Assembly (NCBI GenBank): GCA_964646765.1
Contig: CAZYIA010000003.1
Span: forward strand, 2,815 to 66,814
Source: an uncultured Candidatus Saccharibacteria bacterium
GTDB lineage: Bacteria; Patescibacteriota; Minisyncoccia; Phycocordibacterales; UBA9973
Direction: 5' to 3'
DNA: 64,000 nucleotides
Shown: positions 18,022 to 27,506 of the stretch, piece after piece
How the letters are laid out: the number at the start of each line of letters is the position of its first letter
Position numbering within the stretch: the first letter of the stretch is position 1
Made by a program: the position numbers and the translations under genes
Notes under the pieces: generated by a model
Database searches by the model: none
Told to the model about the DNA's origin: nothing
The model's input: the letters and a program-made list of their open reading frames with translations, nothing else

Positions 18022-18693
18022 ATGAAGTTTATTGATCTTACGCATACTCTCTCAAGCGATACTGTTTCCTGGGATGGCGATTGCGGATTTACTCTCACTA
18101 ATCAGGTTGATTACCAAGATTGCGTGTCACCAGATCTGTTTCGAGTCCAAAAAATAGAAACCCGAGCAGGAATGGGTACGCATATGGATGCTCCAGCACA
18201 CTGTATCTCTGGTGGAAAAACAATCGAAGCACTCGAACTTTCTGATTTGATAACCGATTGCGTGGTTATTGACGTTTCGAATGAAGCTGACGAAAATTTT
18301 TTGGTTACGCCGGAGGTAATAGAAAGCTTTGAAAAAGAATATGGAAAAATCCCCGAGCGTGCCTTCGTGATTTTTTATACCGGCTGGAGTAATTATTGGG
18401 ATGATAAAGAAAAGTATCGCAATAATCTACAGTTTCCTTCGGTTTCTGAAGAAACAGCAAAAGTATTACTTAAACGAAATATTGCAGGACTCGGTATTGA
18501 TACGCTCTCAGCTGACACAGGCAAAAATGGTTTTCCGGTACACCGATCAATTTTGGGCGCAGGGAAGTATCTGGTTGAAAACATTGCTAATGCAAGTGAG
18601 CTTCCACCAACTGGCTCAAAAATTTGCGTGTTGCCGATAAAAATTAAAGAGGGAACTGAGGCGCCTATTCGGTTAATCGCCCTTGTTGGGTAA
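18022..18693 (+). CDS. Cyclase-family metallohydrolase (kynurenine formamidase KynB-like)
   Basis: 'IDLTH', 'GTHMDAPAH', 'GIDTLS', 'VENIAN', 'APIRL'. Confidence 0.85.
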   Translation: MKFIDLTHTLSSDTVSWDGDCGFTLTNQVDYQDCVSPDLFRVQKIETRAGMGTHMDAPAHCISGGKTIEALELSDLITDCVVIDVSNEADENFLVTPEVIESFEKEYGKIPERAFVIFYTGWSNYWDDKEKYRNNLQFPSVSEETAKVLLKRNIAGLGIDTLSADTGKNGFPVHRSILGAGKYLVENIANASELPPTGSKICVLPIKIKEGTEAPIRLIALVG

Positions 18694-18766
18694 GCTGAAA
18701 TTTTACTTTTCAACAAATAAATGTTATTGTGTCAAGTATCTACTAGCCCTAGCAATAAGAGTTTTC

Positions 18767-19294
18767 ATGAAAGATTTTAAGAAATCGAACGGATTTGGTA
18801 ATAGAGACCGTGGGGGAAATCGTTTCCCGAAGCGTGATTTTGGAGGCCGCCCAAGTTTTGGTGGACGCAATGATCGTGGCGGAGATTCTCGCCGACCAGA
18901 TATGCACCAGGCAACATGTGCTAACTGTAATAAACAGTGCCAAGTGCCATTTCGTCCAAACGGGGAAAAGCCAGTGTACTGTAATGACTGTTTTGGAAAT
19001 GTACGCGGTGATTCAAAGCCAAACTTTGAAAAGCGAGGTTTTAACGATCGCGGAGATCGTGGTAATCGTGAGAACTCATTTTCAAAACCTCAAAGTGAAC
19101 ATCGCGACACTCGCATCGATGACTTGAAGCGCGAAATTACTGCGATGAATATAAAACTCGATCGCGTCATGGAAATGTTGAAAGAAAGTACTGCAAAGGT
19201 TTCTATTCAATCCGAAACAAAAAAGTCAGCTAAGAAAGCAGAAAAAACTAAAACGATAGTAGTAAAGAAAAAGCCTGCTTCAAAAAAGAAATAA
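18767..19294 (+). CDS. CxxC-x17-CxxC zinc-ribbon protein with RGG-rich regions
   Basis: 'MHQATCANCNKQCQVPFRPNGEKPVYCNDCF'. Confidence 0.9.
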   Translation: MKDFKKSNGFGNRDRGGNRFPKRDFGGRPSFGGRNDRGGDSRRPDMHQATCANCNKQCQVPFRPNGEKPVYCNDCFGNVRGDSKPNFEKRGFNDRGDRGNRENSFSKPQSEHRDTRIDDLKREITAMNIKLDRVMEMLKESTAKVSIQSETKKSAKKAEKTKTIVVKKKPASKKK

Positions 19295-19302
19295 GGAACT
19301 AT

Positions 19303-19333
19303 AAAACCACCCAGCTCTGTACTGGGTGGTTTT
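19303..19333. terminator. Bidirectional terminator between convergent genes
   Basis: AAAACCACCCAG / CTGGGTGGTTTT. Confidence 0.75.
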
Positions 19334-19344
19334 CGTTTAGTTAC

Positions 19345-20586
19345 TTAGTGCATACTCGGCATGTTTTCAGTAGGGGAAGTCGGTGTAACTGCACTAAAAA
19401 TGTCGGGTTGCGGATCACCAGTTACTTCAAGCACAGCCCAGGCACCTTTATTCATGCGGGCGAGGGCGTGATCAACCAAAAGATATTTGCCGGGAACGTT
19501 TACGGTAAACTCAACGATACTTGCGCCACCAGGGAGCACAGCTGTCGTTTGCACATTGTGTTCTACGGCACCACCAATATTTGCTTCCGGATACACCGTG
19601 TCAAAAATTTCGCCAATAATGTGGAATGAAGAAATGAGATTCACTCCGCCGTTACCAACATACATGCGGATTTTATCGCCTACTTTGGCGTGCATGCGTG
19701 GAGCACTTTCGATTTTACCGTTAAAGGTTACATAGTTTGGATGACCATCAAGAAGGGCTTGCGAATCAAAGGCTACCAACCCTTTTTTACCCAGCTGACC
19801 TTTGGTGTAGAGTTCACCCTGCATGACATAAAATTCCTTATCTACTTTTGGTAGTCCATTTTCTGGTTCAACCAAAATCATGCCGTACTGTCCGTGTGAG
19901 TTATGGGTTGAAACGTTTGGCATCGCGCAGTGGTAGACATAGAGTCCTGGGTTGAGTGCTTTCCAGCGGAAGGTTTTTGTTTCGCCAGGCATAACTTCGG
20001 TAAGGGACGCGCCACCACCTTGGCCGGTAACAGCATGAAGATCAATGTTATGATGGTGAAGATTTTCTGGAGCGTTGGTGAGTGTAAGCTCAATAGTGTC
20101 ACCTTCACGAACATGGAGCATTGGCCCCGGCACCTGTTTATCGAAGGTCCAGTAGTTGTAGTAAATACCAGGAGCAACTTCAGCAATAACTTCCTTAACG
20201 GTTAGTTCTATATGCACAACACCATCTTTGTCGGGGGTAGCAAGCGGTGGAACAGCATTTGGATCAGCGCCAATGTCAGCTACACGTTCAAACTTATGTT
20301 CGTATAAAAAGAAATCGAGAATTTTAGAGAAGGGGATAGAAGGAGGAACGCCACCAGGTGCATGAGAGTGCATAAAAGCCGGCATAGCAAAATCTGGGGG
20401 ATAGGTTTCGTGTGAGAACCAACCGGCGAAAAACGCGATGACAAAAAGTATGAGGGGAATAAGGACTGCTCGATAGGTAAAGAATCGCAAAAAGTGCGTA
20501 TGGCGCTCAAGCTGAATGAGAATAAATATAATGGCAATAGCTCCAACTACAGCCGAGAATAATTCAAGGAGAAGATAGGTAAGCAT
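19345..20586 (-). CDS. nirK: Copper-containing nitrite reductase (AniA-like), N-terminally membrane anchored
   Basis: HNIDLHAV, YHCA…H, SSFHIIGEIFD, LVDHAL. Confidence 0.92.
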   Translation of the reverse strand: MLTYLLLELFSAVVGAIAIIFILIQLERHTHFLRFFTYRAVLIPLILFVIAFFAGWFSHETYPPDFAMPAFMHSHAPGGVPPSIPFSKILDFFLYEHKFERVADIGADPNAVPPLATPDKDGVVHIELTVKEVIAEVAPGIYYNYWTFDKQVPGPMLHVREGDTIELTLTNAPENLHHHNIDLHAVTGQGGGASLTEVMPGETKTFRWKALNPGLYVYHCAMPNVSTHNSHGQYGMILVEPENGLPKVDKEFYVMQGELYTKGQLGKKGLVAFDSQALLDGHPNYVTFNGKIESAPRMHAKVGDKIRMYVGNGGVNLISSFHIIGEIFDTVYPEANIGGAVEHNVQTTAVLPGGASIVEFTVNVPGKYLLVDHALARMNKGAWAVLEVTGDPQPDIFSAVTPTSPTENMPSMH

Positions 20587-20590
20587 ATAA

Positions 20591-21136
20591 CTATGAACTT
20601 ATGAATAAGGTACCTGGTTGCCAAAAAGTTCCGAGATGCTTGAGGACAATACGATCAAAGCCAATGTAGCCGGCAGTTTTCCAAGCTAGGACAAGAAAAA
20701 TTTCAATAACAAACATGACGGGGTTAAGTGAAACCGCTCCAGCAAGCAGAAAATTTAAATTCATAAAAAGACCAAAGCCAGCGGCGATGCCAGTGAAGAT
20801 TCCTAGAATAAGGGCGATTCCAATAAGAACTTCTCCATAGGCTACAAGATGTGACCAGAGAGCGGGGTGAGATAGGACAACCGTTTTTAAAAAAGTTGCA
20901 TACCAACCTTGTACATCAGGATGGGCACCCTGGGTTTTTTCAAGAGCACCTTGAACAAACCCCGAAAGAGCTTTTCCGGCGTCACTTCCCACCCATGCAG
21001 GGTTTGAAATTTTATTCCACCCCGCCATAATCCACTCGTATCCGACATACAGGCGAGCCAAAAACCATACCCAGGCAACTTTTGTGTTACCAAATAAAAA
21101 CTTTGCGATCGGCGCATCATCAAATTCTATATACAT
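20591..21136 (-). CDS. DoxX/DoxD-family membrane protein
   Basis: 'RLYVGYEWIMAGWNK', 'GEVLIGIALILG', 'MNLNFLLAG.VS.NP'. Confidence 0.85.
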   Translation of the reverse strand: MYIEFDDAPIAKFLFGNTKVAWVWFLARLYVGYEWIMAGWNKISNPAWVGSDAGKALSGFVQGALEKTQGAHPDVQGWYATFLKTVVLSHPALWSHLVAYGEVLIGIALILGIFTGIAAGFGLFMNLNFLLAGAVSLNPVMFVIEIFLVLAWKTAGYIGFDRIVLKHLGTFWQPGTLFISS

Positions 21137-21257
21137 AGTAGTTCTAAGGTTAGTATACCTAATAAATTGACACTATGAGGTAAGGATTTCCAAAACTATA
21201 GTTAGAGTTATCCACTGTTGCCTCAGCTTATTGCCGGGCGTATACTCTTAACCCAAC

Positions 21258-21284
21258 TAGTTTCGAAGTTTCGAAACTATGCAA
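21258..21284 (+). promoter_or_regulatory. Palindromic operator AGTTTCGAAACT (with overlapping second site) downstream of the TATACT -10 of the cobalamin/nrdJ operon
   Basis: TAGTTTCGAAGTTTCGAAACTATGCAA; near-identical site at 27163-27183. Confidence 0.55.
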
Positions 21285-21338
21285 ATAGTATAGCAGCCTT
21301 TCCTTAGTCGGGAAAGGGATAAGCAAAGAGTTGCCACT

Positions 21339-21878
21339 ATGGAAACGTATCGTACAAATTGGTTCAAGTTCATTCTTGGATTCGTGGTCTGTCTTCTTAT
21401 TCGTCTTATCCCGTTCCGACCGCCAAATATTGAGCCGCTCCTGGCAACTCAAATGCCGTTTTCAAAAGCGTATGGCGGCTTTGCTGGGTTTACTTTCGCC
21501 TTCCTTTCGATTGTGCTCTTTGATCTTATCAGCGGAAAGGTTGGCATCTGGACATTTATTACCGCAATCGCCTACGGCCTATTAGGGCTCTGGGCAGGGA
21601 AGTATTTTCAGTATCGGAGTAATAAGCCACTCCAGTATGTTGGCTTTGCCGTTATTGCCACGATTATCTACGATGCGGTTACGGGTCTATCGGTTGGACC
21701 ACTCTTTTTTCACCAGCCTTTCATGGAGGCACTTATCGGCCAAATACCGTTTACCGGCATGCACCTCTTAGGCAATATTCTTTTTGCAGCTGTCCTTTCA
21801 CCACTTCTTTATACCTACGTAATAACGAACGAACGGTTCGAGAGTGGACGATTATTTGCTTTTAAACCAAGCGTATGA
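21339..21878 (+). CDS. ECF transporter S-component, probably cobalamin-specific (CbrT-like)
   Basis: About 6 TM helices, 'RLIPFRPPNIEP', 'IPFTGMHLLGN'; operon context with nrdJ and a PduO-type gene. Confidence 0.7.
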   Translation: METYRTNWFKFILGFVVCLLIRLIPFRPPNIEPLLATQMPFSKAYGGFAGFTFAFLSIVLFDLISGKVGIWTFITAIAYGLLGLWAGKYFQYRSNKPLQYVGFAVIATIIYDAVTGLSVGPLFFHQPFMEALIGQIPFTGMHLLGNILFAAVLSPLLYTYVITNERFESGRLFAFKPSV

Positions 21879-24148
21879 GGACAACTCAAAAAAATACCGA
21901 AATCTTAAAAACTCAAAAACGAAATGGTACATTGGTGCCATTTGATCTAGCCAGAATCACTCGAGCCATTATTCGAGCGATGGAAGCTACTGGTGAGGGC
22001 GGTGAAGAAGAAGCAAAAAAAGTTACCAGTGAGGTACTTGCTTCACTTATCAAATTAAAAAATGAGCGTCGTGAAAAACATTCAGTGCCGCATGTTGAAA
22101 CTATCCAAGATGTTGTTGAAAATGAACTGATTGCTCTTGGATTTATTCAAACAGCCAAGGCGTATATTTTGTATCGCAACGAGCGTGCGCGTGTTCGAAA
22201 AGAACGTGGTGACGTGCCAGAGCGCGTACGAGAACTGACTCTTGAGAGTAAGAAGTATTTTCGTAACCCTCTTGCAGAGTTTGTATATTATCGCACTTAC
22301 GCACGCTGGATTCCCGAAGAAGCTCGTCGGGAAACCTGGATTGAAACAGTTGATCGCTATATCAATTTCATGAAAGAAAATATCGGCGTTGGATTTACTG
22401 ATGGAGAGTACGCAGAAATACGTCAAACAATTTTAAAACAAGAAGCGATGCCTTCAATGCGGCTTCTTCAGTTTGCTGGACGTGCTGCTCGCCGCACGAA
22501 TGTCTGTGCTTACAACTGTTCATTTATTGCCCCCAAAACATTTCAGGATTTTGCTGAGATTATGTACATCTCAATGTGTGGCACCGGTGTTGGATTTTCA
22601 GTTGAAAGCGAAAATATTCAAGCGCTACCCCAAATTCAGAAGCAAACCGGAACACTGTTGCCGCGCTACATTGTTCCCGACACCAAAGAAGGCTGGGCAG
22701 ATGCATTGGCCTTTGGTTTAGAAACTTGGTTTTCTGGTTCTGACGTCGAGTTTGATTACTCGTTTATTCGGCCAGCCGGCTCTCGTCTAAAAACGATGGG
22801 GGGAAAGAGTTCTGGCCCGGAACCGCTTCGCTCACTTTTAACCTTTGCTCGTGAGCGTATTTTGCGACGACAAGGACGACGATTATCAAACCTCGATGCC
22901 CACGACATTATCTGCAAAATCGGTGAGTGCGTGGTGGCTGGTGGGGTGCGTCGTAGCGCAATGATTTCTCTCTCTGATCTCGATGATGAAGCAATTCGTG
23001 ACTCAAAGAAAGGTCAGTTCTATATAAATGAAGCACAGCGCATGCTCGCGAATAACTCGGCAGTGTACAACACAAAACCAAGCGCGGCTGAATTTTTGGA
23101 TGAATGGACAGCCCTCGTAAAATCGGGTAGTGGTGAGCGCGGTATTTTTAATCGAGGAAGTTTACCAAAAACGTTGCCGAAGCGCAGGCTTTCACAGTGG
23201 AGTGACGCGCTACCTTCATTTGGCACCAATCCGTGTGGAGAAATTATTTTACAGTCAAAACAGTTCTGTAATTTAACCGAAGTTATTGCTCGAGCCGAAG
23301 ATACCGAAGAAACACTTATTCGAAAAGTGCGAGTAGCCACCATGCTCGGCACCTATCAATCAGTGCTCACGTACTTTCCTTACCTTTCTCGTGAATGGAA
23401 AAAGAATTGTGAAAAAGAACGATTACTCGGAGTCTCAATTACTGGCCAGTGGGACTGTGCTCTTGCCCGTGATCCGAAAATGCTCGAAAAATTGAAAGCA
23501 GTAGCAATTGAAACAAACAAAAAATACGCTAAGCGATTTGGTGTTAATCAATCAACCTGCATTACCTGTGTAAAACCATCAGGCACTGTTTCGCAAACTG
23601 TAGATTGTGCTTCAGGTATGCATCCGCGACATGCCCCGTACTATATTCGTCGCATTCGTATTTCGGCAACTGACGCTCTATTTAAGATGCTGAAAGATCA
23701 GGGGGTACCGTACCATCCTGAAGTTGGCCAAGCACTCGGGACAGCGAGTACCTATGTTTTAGAATTTCCAGTGCAAGCACCCAAAGGAGCACTCTGTAAA
23801 GATGATATTTCTGCTATTACTCAGCTCGAGCATTGGAAGGTGGTGAAGGAACACTACACCGAACATAATCCATCGGTCACTATTTCAGTGGGGGAAGATG
23901 AATGGATTAAAGTAGGTAATTGGGTGTATGAAAACTGGGATCTTGTTGGTGGCCTTTCATTTTTACCGCGCTCAAACCACGTCTATCAATTAGCACCGTA
24001 TGAAGCGATTACCAAAGAGCGTTACGAAGAACTGCTTGAAAAAGTGCGACATATCGATTTTTCAAAAATTGTAACGTACGAGGCCGAAGATGAAACCGAA
24101 GTTAAACGCGAGCTTGCCTGCGCCGGTGGCGTGTGCGAAATCGCCTAA
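21875..24148 (+). CDS. nrdJ: Class II (adenosylcobalamin-dependent) ribonucleotide reductase with N-terminal ATP cone
   Basis: ATP cone 'KRNG..VPFD..RI', 'YNCSF', 'AGGVRRSA', 'TNPCGEI', 'VKPSGTVS', C-terminal 'CAGGVCEI'. Confidence 0.93.
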   Translation: MRTTQKNTEILKTQKRNGTLVPFDLARITRAIIRAMEATGEGGEEEAKKVTSEVLASLIKLKNERREKHSVPHVETIQDVVENELIALGFIQTAKAYILYRNERARVRKERGDVPERVRELTLESKKYFRNPLAEFVYYRTYARWIPEEARRETWIETVDRYINFMKENIGVGFTDGEYAEIRQTILKQEAMPSMRLLQFAGRAARRTNVCAYNCSFIAPKTFQDFAEIMYISMCGTGVGFSVESENIQALPQIQKQTGTLLPRYIVPDTKEGWADALAFGLETWFSGSDVEFDYSFIRPAGSRLKTMGGKSSGPEPLRSLLTFARERILRRQGRRLSNLDAHDIICKIGECVVAGGVRRSAMISLSDLDDEAIRDSKKGQFYINEAQRMLANNSAVYNTKPSAAEFLDEWTALVKSGSGERGIFNRGSLPKTLPKRRLSQWSDALPSFGTNPCGEIILQSKQFCNLTEVIARAEDTEETLIRKVRVATMLGTYQSVLTYFPYLSREWKKNCEKERLLGVSITGQWDCALARDPKMLEKLKAVAIETNKKYAKRFGVNQSTCITCVKPSGTVSQTVDCASGMHPRHAPYYIRRIRISATDALFKMLKDQGVPYHPEVGQALGTASTYVLEFPVQAPKGALCKDDISAITQLEHWKVVKEHYTEHNPSVTISVGEDEWIKVGNWVYENWDLVGGLSFLPRSNHVYQLAPYEAITKERYEELLEKVRHIDFSKIVTYEAEDETEVKRELACAGGVCEIA

Positions 24149-24152
24149 GTAT

Positions 24153-24725
24153 ATGCTCTACACACGAAAAGGAGATGGTGGTACGACAAAACTTTTTACC
24201 ACGCCGCAGGGTGTGCGGATAGGGAAGGATTCAAAAATCTTTGAGGCGCTTGGCACTGTAGATGAACTCAATGCTTCGCTTGGATATGCTAAGGCGCTTT
24301 GTCGAAATGAACAGCTCACGGTACTCATTGGATTACAGCGTATGCCGTATGAGAAAGTGCTTACTGAACTTCAAAATACACTCTTCACTATCCAGGCGGA
24401 GATCGCTGGGTCAGATATGCATCCAACAGTGCATACGATAGAGTACGTTGAAAATATTATTTTTCAAATCGAGACACTCCTTCCACCAGTTCAATCATTT
24501 GTAGTTCCCGGGGGAACCCTAGCCGCAAGCTATCTTGATATTTGCCGGACCATTGCGCGAAGAGCTGAGCGACTTCTTGTGACAGTATCTCTTGGGAAAT
24601 ACTGTGAAGTATCGCCAGAAACACTTCAATTTATGAACCGACTCTCGAGTGTCCTCTACGCGTTAGCTCGCTTTGGTAACTATACTGGAGGCATAAGTGA
24701 AGACCCTCCTCACTACCATACTTAA
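24153..24725 (+). CDS. pduO: PduO-type ATP:cob(I)alamin adenosyltransferase
   Basis: 'YTRKGDGGTT', 'GTVDELNA', 'RTIARRAER', 'NRLSS'. Confidence 0.93.
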   Translation: MLYTRKGDGGTTKLFTTPQGVRIGKDSKIFEALGTVDELNASLGYAKALCRNEQLTVLIGLQRMPYEKVLTELQNTLFTIQAEIAGSDMHPTVHTIEYVENIIFQIETLLPPVQSFVVPGGTLAASYLDICRTIARRAERLLVTVSLGKYCEVSPETLQFMNRLSSVLYALARFGNYTGGISEDPPHYHT

Positions 24726-24733
24726 TTACCTAC

Positions 24734-25180
24734 ATGAGATCACTTTTTCGTACATCAGTATGGTTCTTCGGTGTCACCAGTATTGTGATTATTGGCTTAC
24801 TGTATTTGGTCGGCATCCAAAATGTTTCAGCGACTGCTTCAGAAAAAACGACTATCGCTGTGCCAATAGTTTTACAGCAACAGACTCTTTCAAAGAAATT
24901 AGCCTCTATTACTCTCATTGCAGGGAATACAAATATTGTAATCCCTTTACCCTCTAAGGCTACGCTCTATGAAACCTTACGTATCGCGCAAAAGGCAGGG
25001 ATGCTCCAATTTTCCGGGCGAATGTATCCAGGCTTAGGCTTCTTTATTACTGCTATTGGCTCATTACATGAAGAACATGGTCGGCACCTCTTCTATTATA
25101 AGAACGGTATTCCTGCCACGGTTGGTATTTCTTCATATGTCCCACATAACGGAGATCTCATAACATGGCAACTAAAGTAG
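24734..25180 (+). CDS. Membrane-anchored DUF4430 (transcobalamin C-terminal-like) protein
   Basis: 'GLGFFITAIG…FYYKNG..ATVGISSY…GDLITW'. Confidence 0.75.
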   Translation: MRSLFRTSVWFFGVTSIVIIGLLYLVGIQNVSATASEKTTIAVPIVLQQQTLSKKLASITLIAGNTNIVIPLPSKATLYETLRIAQKAGMLQFSGRMYPGLGFFITAIGSLHEEHGRHLFYYKNGIPATVGISSYVPHNGDLITWQLK

Positions 25181-25185
25181 TCACT

Positions 25186-27153
25186 ATGAAAAACAATTTT
25201 TATCTATCACTATTTTTTAGTATCTTACTTTTTTTCTCAGTTCCTTCTATTACTAAGGCAGCTGATAGTGATGTAATTCAAGATACATCCGATTCAGGAA
25301 CGTCTCAAACTGTAACTGATGATACAACCACCAATGATATAACCCCAGATACTCCTCCGGCACCGTCCAATCCTCTAAGCTTTTCTGAAACAGTAATTGT
25401 TCGAGCAGGGGACAATGTGCTTTTTAATGGGGTAGTTGCTATTCCAGAAGAAGGAACTATCGAAGCACTTGATGCTACGGGAACATTACATTTTGTACCA
25501 ACGACAAGCGCTCTTGGATTACTTGAAGCTGTCGATGCAGTAAGTGATACTTTTTCTATTTCTGATCTTGAGTACTACGCTTCTTTTGGTTCTTTATATC
25601 TGAAATGTATTACTTCTAGTACCAATCAGTCATTATGTGACAACTGGCAGTTTGTCGTAAACGGGTCAACACCCACCGTTGGTATAGATAAAACGATGCT
25701 CTCTGACGGAGAAACAGTTGGATTTTATTTTGGCTCGCCACACCAGCTTATTTTTCCAGGAAGTACGTATCATGCAGGTGACACGATTACCGTGACTGCA
25801 GAGAACTATAACTACGAGGATAATACCTGGAGCCCACTCTCTGGAGTAACAGTGAGTGCAACAACACCTAATGCTAGTGACCCGTATACTCCTACTGTTG
25901 TTAGTGGTGGGATAACTGATACTGAAGGACACGCTTCATTTATTGTTGCAGATCCAGGGACATACGACGTTGGTATCCTTGAAGATTATTATTTCCCGTC
26001 ATATCCACTTACGGTTATATCACCTCAAAACACAGCACCTGCGCCAGTGATTATTTCTGGGGGAGGAGTCCCGCTAGAGATAATTGATAAAAAATTTGAT
26101 CCCCAAAAGGCAGCCCAATTTCTTATACAAAATTTTGACAATACTGAGACAGCAGACGGAGAACTCTACGGTGACTGGGCCATTATTGGTTTATCGGCTA
26201 CTGACCTATCCCCAGAATTGAAACAACAATTGCGTGACTATCTGTGTCGCACTAAAGCAGTAAGTCCACTACTCACTGATACTGAACGGCATGCCATGGC
26301 GATCCTTTCGCTTGGGGGTGACCCATATACTTTTTGCGGAGAAAACTATATTCAAGCAATTTTGCAGAACTTTGATGGTTCGCAATTTGGCGATAACTCT
26401 CTCGTCAATGATGATATTTTTGCGCTCATTCCACTTCTGGCTTCTGGCTACACTCTTAAAGATGCCAACATTCAAGCAGATACTACATTTATTCTTAACC
26501 ACCAAAAAGCAGATGGCTCGTGGGAAGAAAGTGTTGACCTCACTTCCGCTGCGGTCCAAGCTCTGTATCCTCTTGAGACAGTACCTGAGGTGGCAGTGGC
26601 AATTCAGCATGGAGTTGCCTATATTGATAGTTTTCAAAAAGAGAATGGAAGTTTCGATGATTCAGTTTTTTCTACCGCCTGGGCACTCCAATCAAAACAG
26701 ATAGTTCCTAACGAAGATAGTTCTTTGACGAATAGCCTGGCATATTTTGGCTCACTTCAGTCAGATGACGGAGGCCTACTCCAAACTGGAGAAAGCATGC
26801 ATCAGCGAATATGGGCAACAAGTTATGCATTGCCTGCCACCCTTCAAAAATCATGGATTACGATTCTTGTTCCCGCTCAAAGACCAGCTGAAATAACGAT
26901 CGATGTACCAAAAATAATTTCCCAACCTCCTGCTGATACTGCTCAAAAGAAACATACCAACCAAAAATATTCAACACAAACAGTGTCAGTATCTTCAAAG
27001 ACTCCCAAGGAAACTAAAAGTACGACCCCACAAGAAAAAGAATCTGTAAAACTTTCAGCTACAGTACTAGCAAGTGACGCCTCGCGTAGTTTCTCATTTA
27101 AGAGATTTTTCCAGTCACTCGTATCCGCCATACTCTCTAGGGTTGCTTTTTAG
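25186..27153 (+). CDS. Secreted DUF4430 + prenyltransferase/squalene-oxidase-repeat (alpha-barrel) protein, putative cobalamin-binding
   Basis: Signal peptide; 'WQFVVNG..PTVG…L.DGE.V.FYF'; repeats 'QKADGSW', 'QKENGSF', 'QSDDGG'. Confidence 0.75.
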   Translation: MKNNFYLSLFFSILLFFSVPSITKAADSDVIQDTSDSGTSQTVTDDTTTNDITPDTPPAPSNPLSFSETVIVRAGDNVLFNGVVAIPEEGTIEALDATGTLHFVPTTSALGLLEAVDAVSDTFSISDLEYYASFGSLYLKCITSSTNQSLCDNWQFVVNGSTPTVGIDKTMLSDGETVGFYFGSPHQLIFPGSTYHAGDTITVTAENYNYEDNTWSPLSGVTVSATTPNASDPYTPTVVSGGITDTEGHASFIVADPGTYDVGILEDYYFPSYPLTVISPQNTAPAPVIISGGGVPLEIIDKKFDPQKAAQFLIQNFDNTETADGELYGDWAIIGLSATDLSPELKQQLRDYLCRTKAVSPLLTDTERHAMAILSLGGDPYTFCGENYIQAILQNFDGSQFGDNSLVNDDIFALIPLLASGYTLKDANIQADTTFILNHQKADGSWEESVDLTSAAVQALYPLETVPEVAVAIQHGVAYIDSFQKENGSFDDSVFSTAWALQSKQIVPNEDSSLTNSLAYFGSLQSDDGGLLQTGESMHQRIWATSYALPATLQKSWITILVPAQRPAEITIDVPKIISQPPADTAQKKHTNQKYSTQTVSVSSKTPKETKSTTPQEKESVKLSATVLASDASRSFSFKRFFQSLVSAILSRVAF

Positions 27154-27162
27154 AAAAACTTG

Positions 27163-27186
27163 TTGCATACTTTCGAAACTAGTATG
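27163..27186 (+). promoter_or_regulatory. Putative autoregulatory operator of the ArsR-family gene
   Basis: TTGCATACTTTCGAAACTAGTATG, matching the reverse complement of the 21258-21284 site. Confidence 0.55.
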
Positions 27187-27501
27187 GCAACAAAAGAGCG
27201 CAAAATAAAACAGCCCCTTCCGCGTACAGCCTACCGACGAAACGCCGAAACTTACAAGATTTTGGCTAATTCAAAGCGTCTCGAAATTTTAAATTTACTC
27301 CGTGAACAGGAAATGTCAGTTGAAGAGTTGGTTAAGATTCTTGGCGTAGCTAAAGCAAATGTCTCGCAGCATCTCGCACTTTTACGTCACGCACATCTTG
27401 TAACGGTACATCGCAAAGGCTTAAATGCGTACTACAATATCATTGACCCTCGTATTGTTGAGCCATGTCGAATTCTCCACGCTCTCGCGCATAATCGCTA
27501 G
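27184..27501 (+). CDS. ArsR/SmtB-family transcriptional regulator
   Basis: 'KILANSKRLEILNLL', 'ANVSQHLALLR..LV..R.G'. Confidence 0.92.
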   Translation: MATKERKIKQPLPRTAYRRNAETYKILANSKRLEILNLLREQEMSVEELVKILGVAKANVSQHLALLRHAHLVTVHRKGLNAYYNIIDPRIVEPCRILHALAHNR

Positions 27502-27506
27502 TGAGT

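Noticed and set aside
21200-21338. Cobalamin riboswitch expected upstream of the ECF/nrdJ operon
   Set aside because: The leader is under 100 nt and I cannot find the conserved cobalamin riboswitch core; a palindromic operator explains the repeats better. An Rfam scan should confirm.
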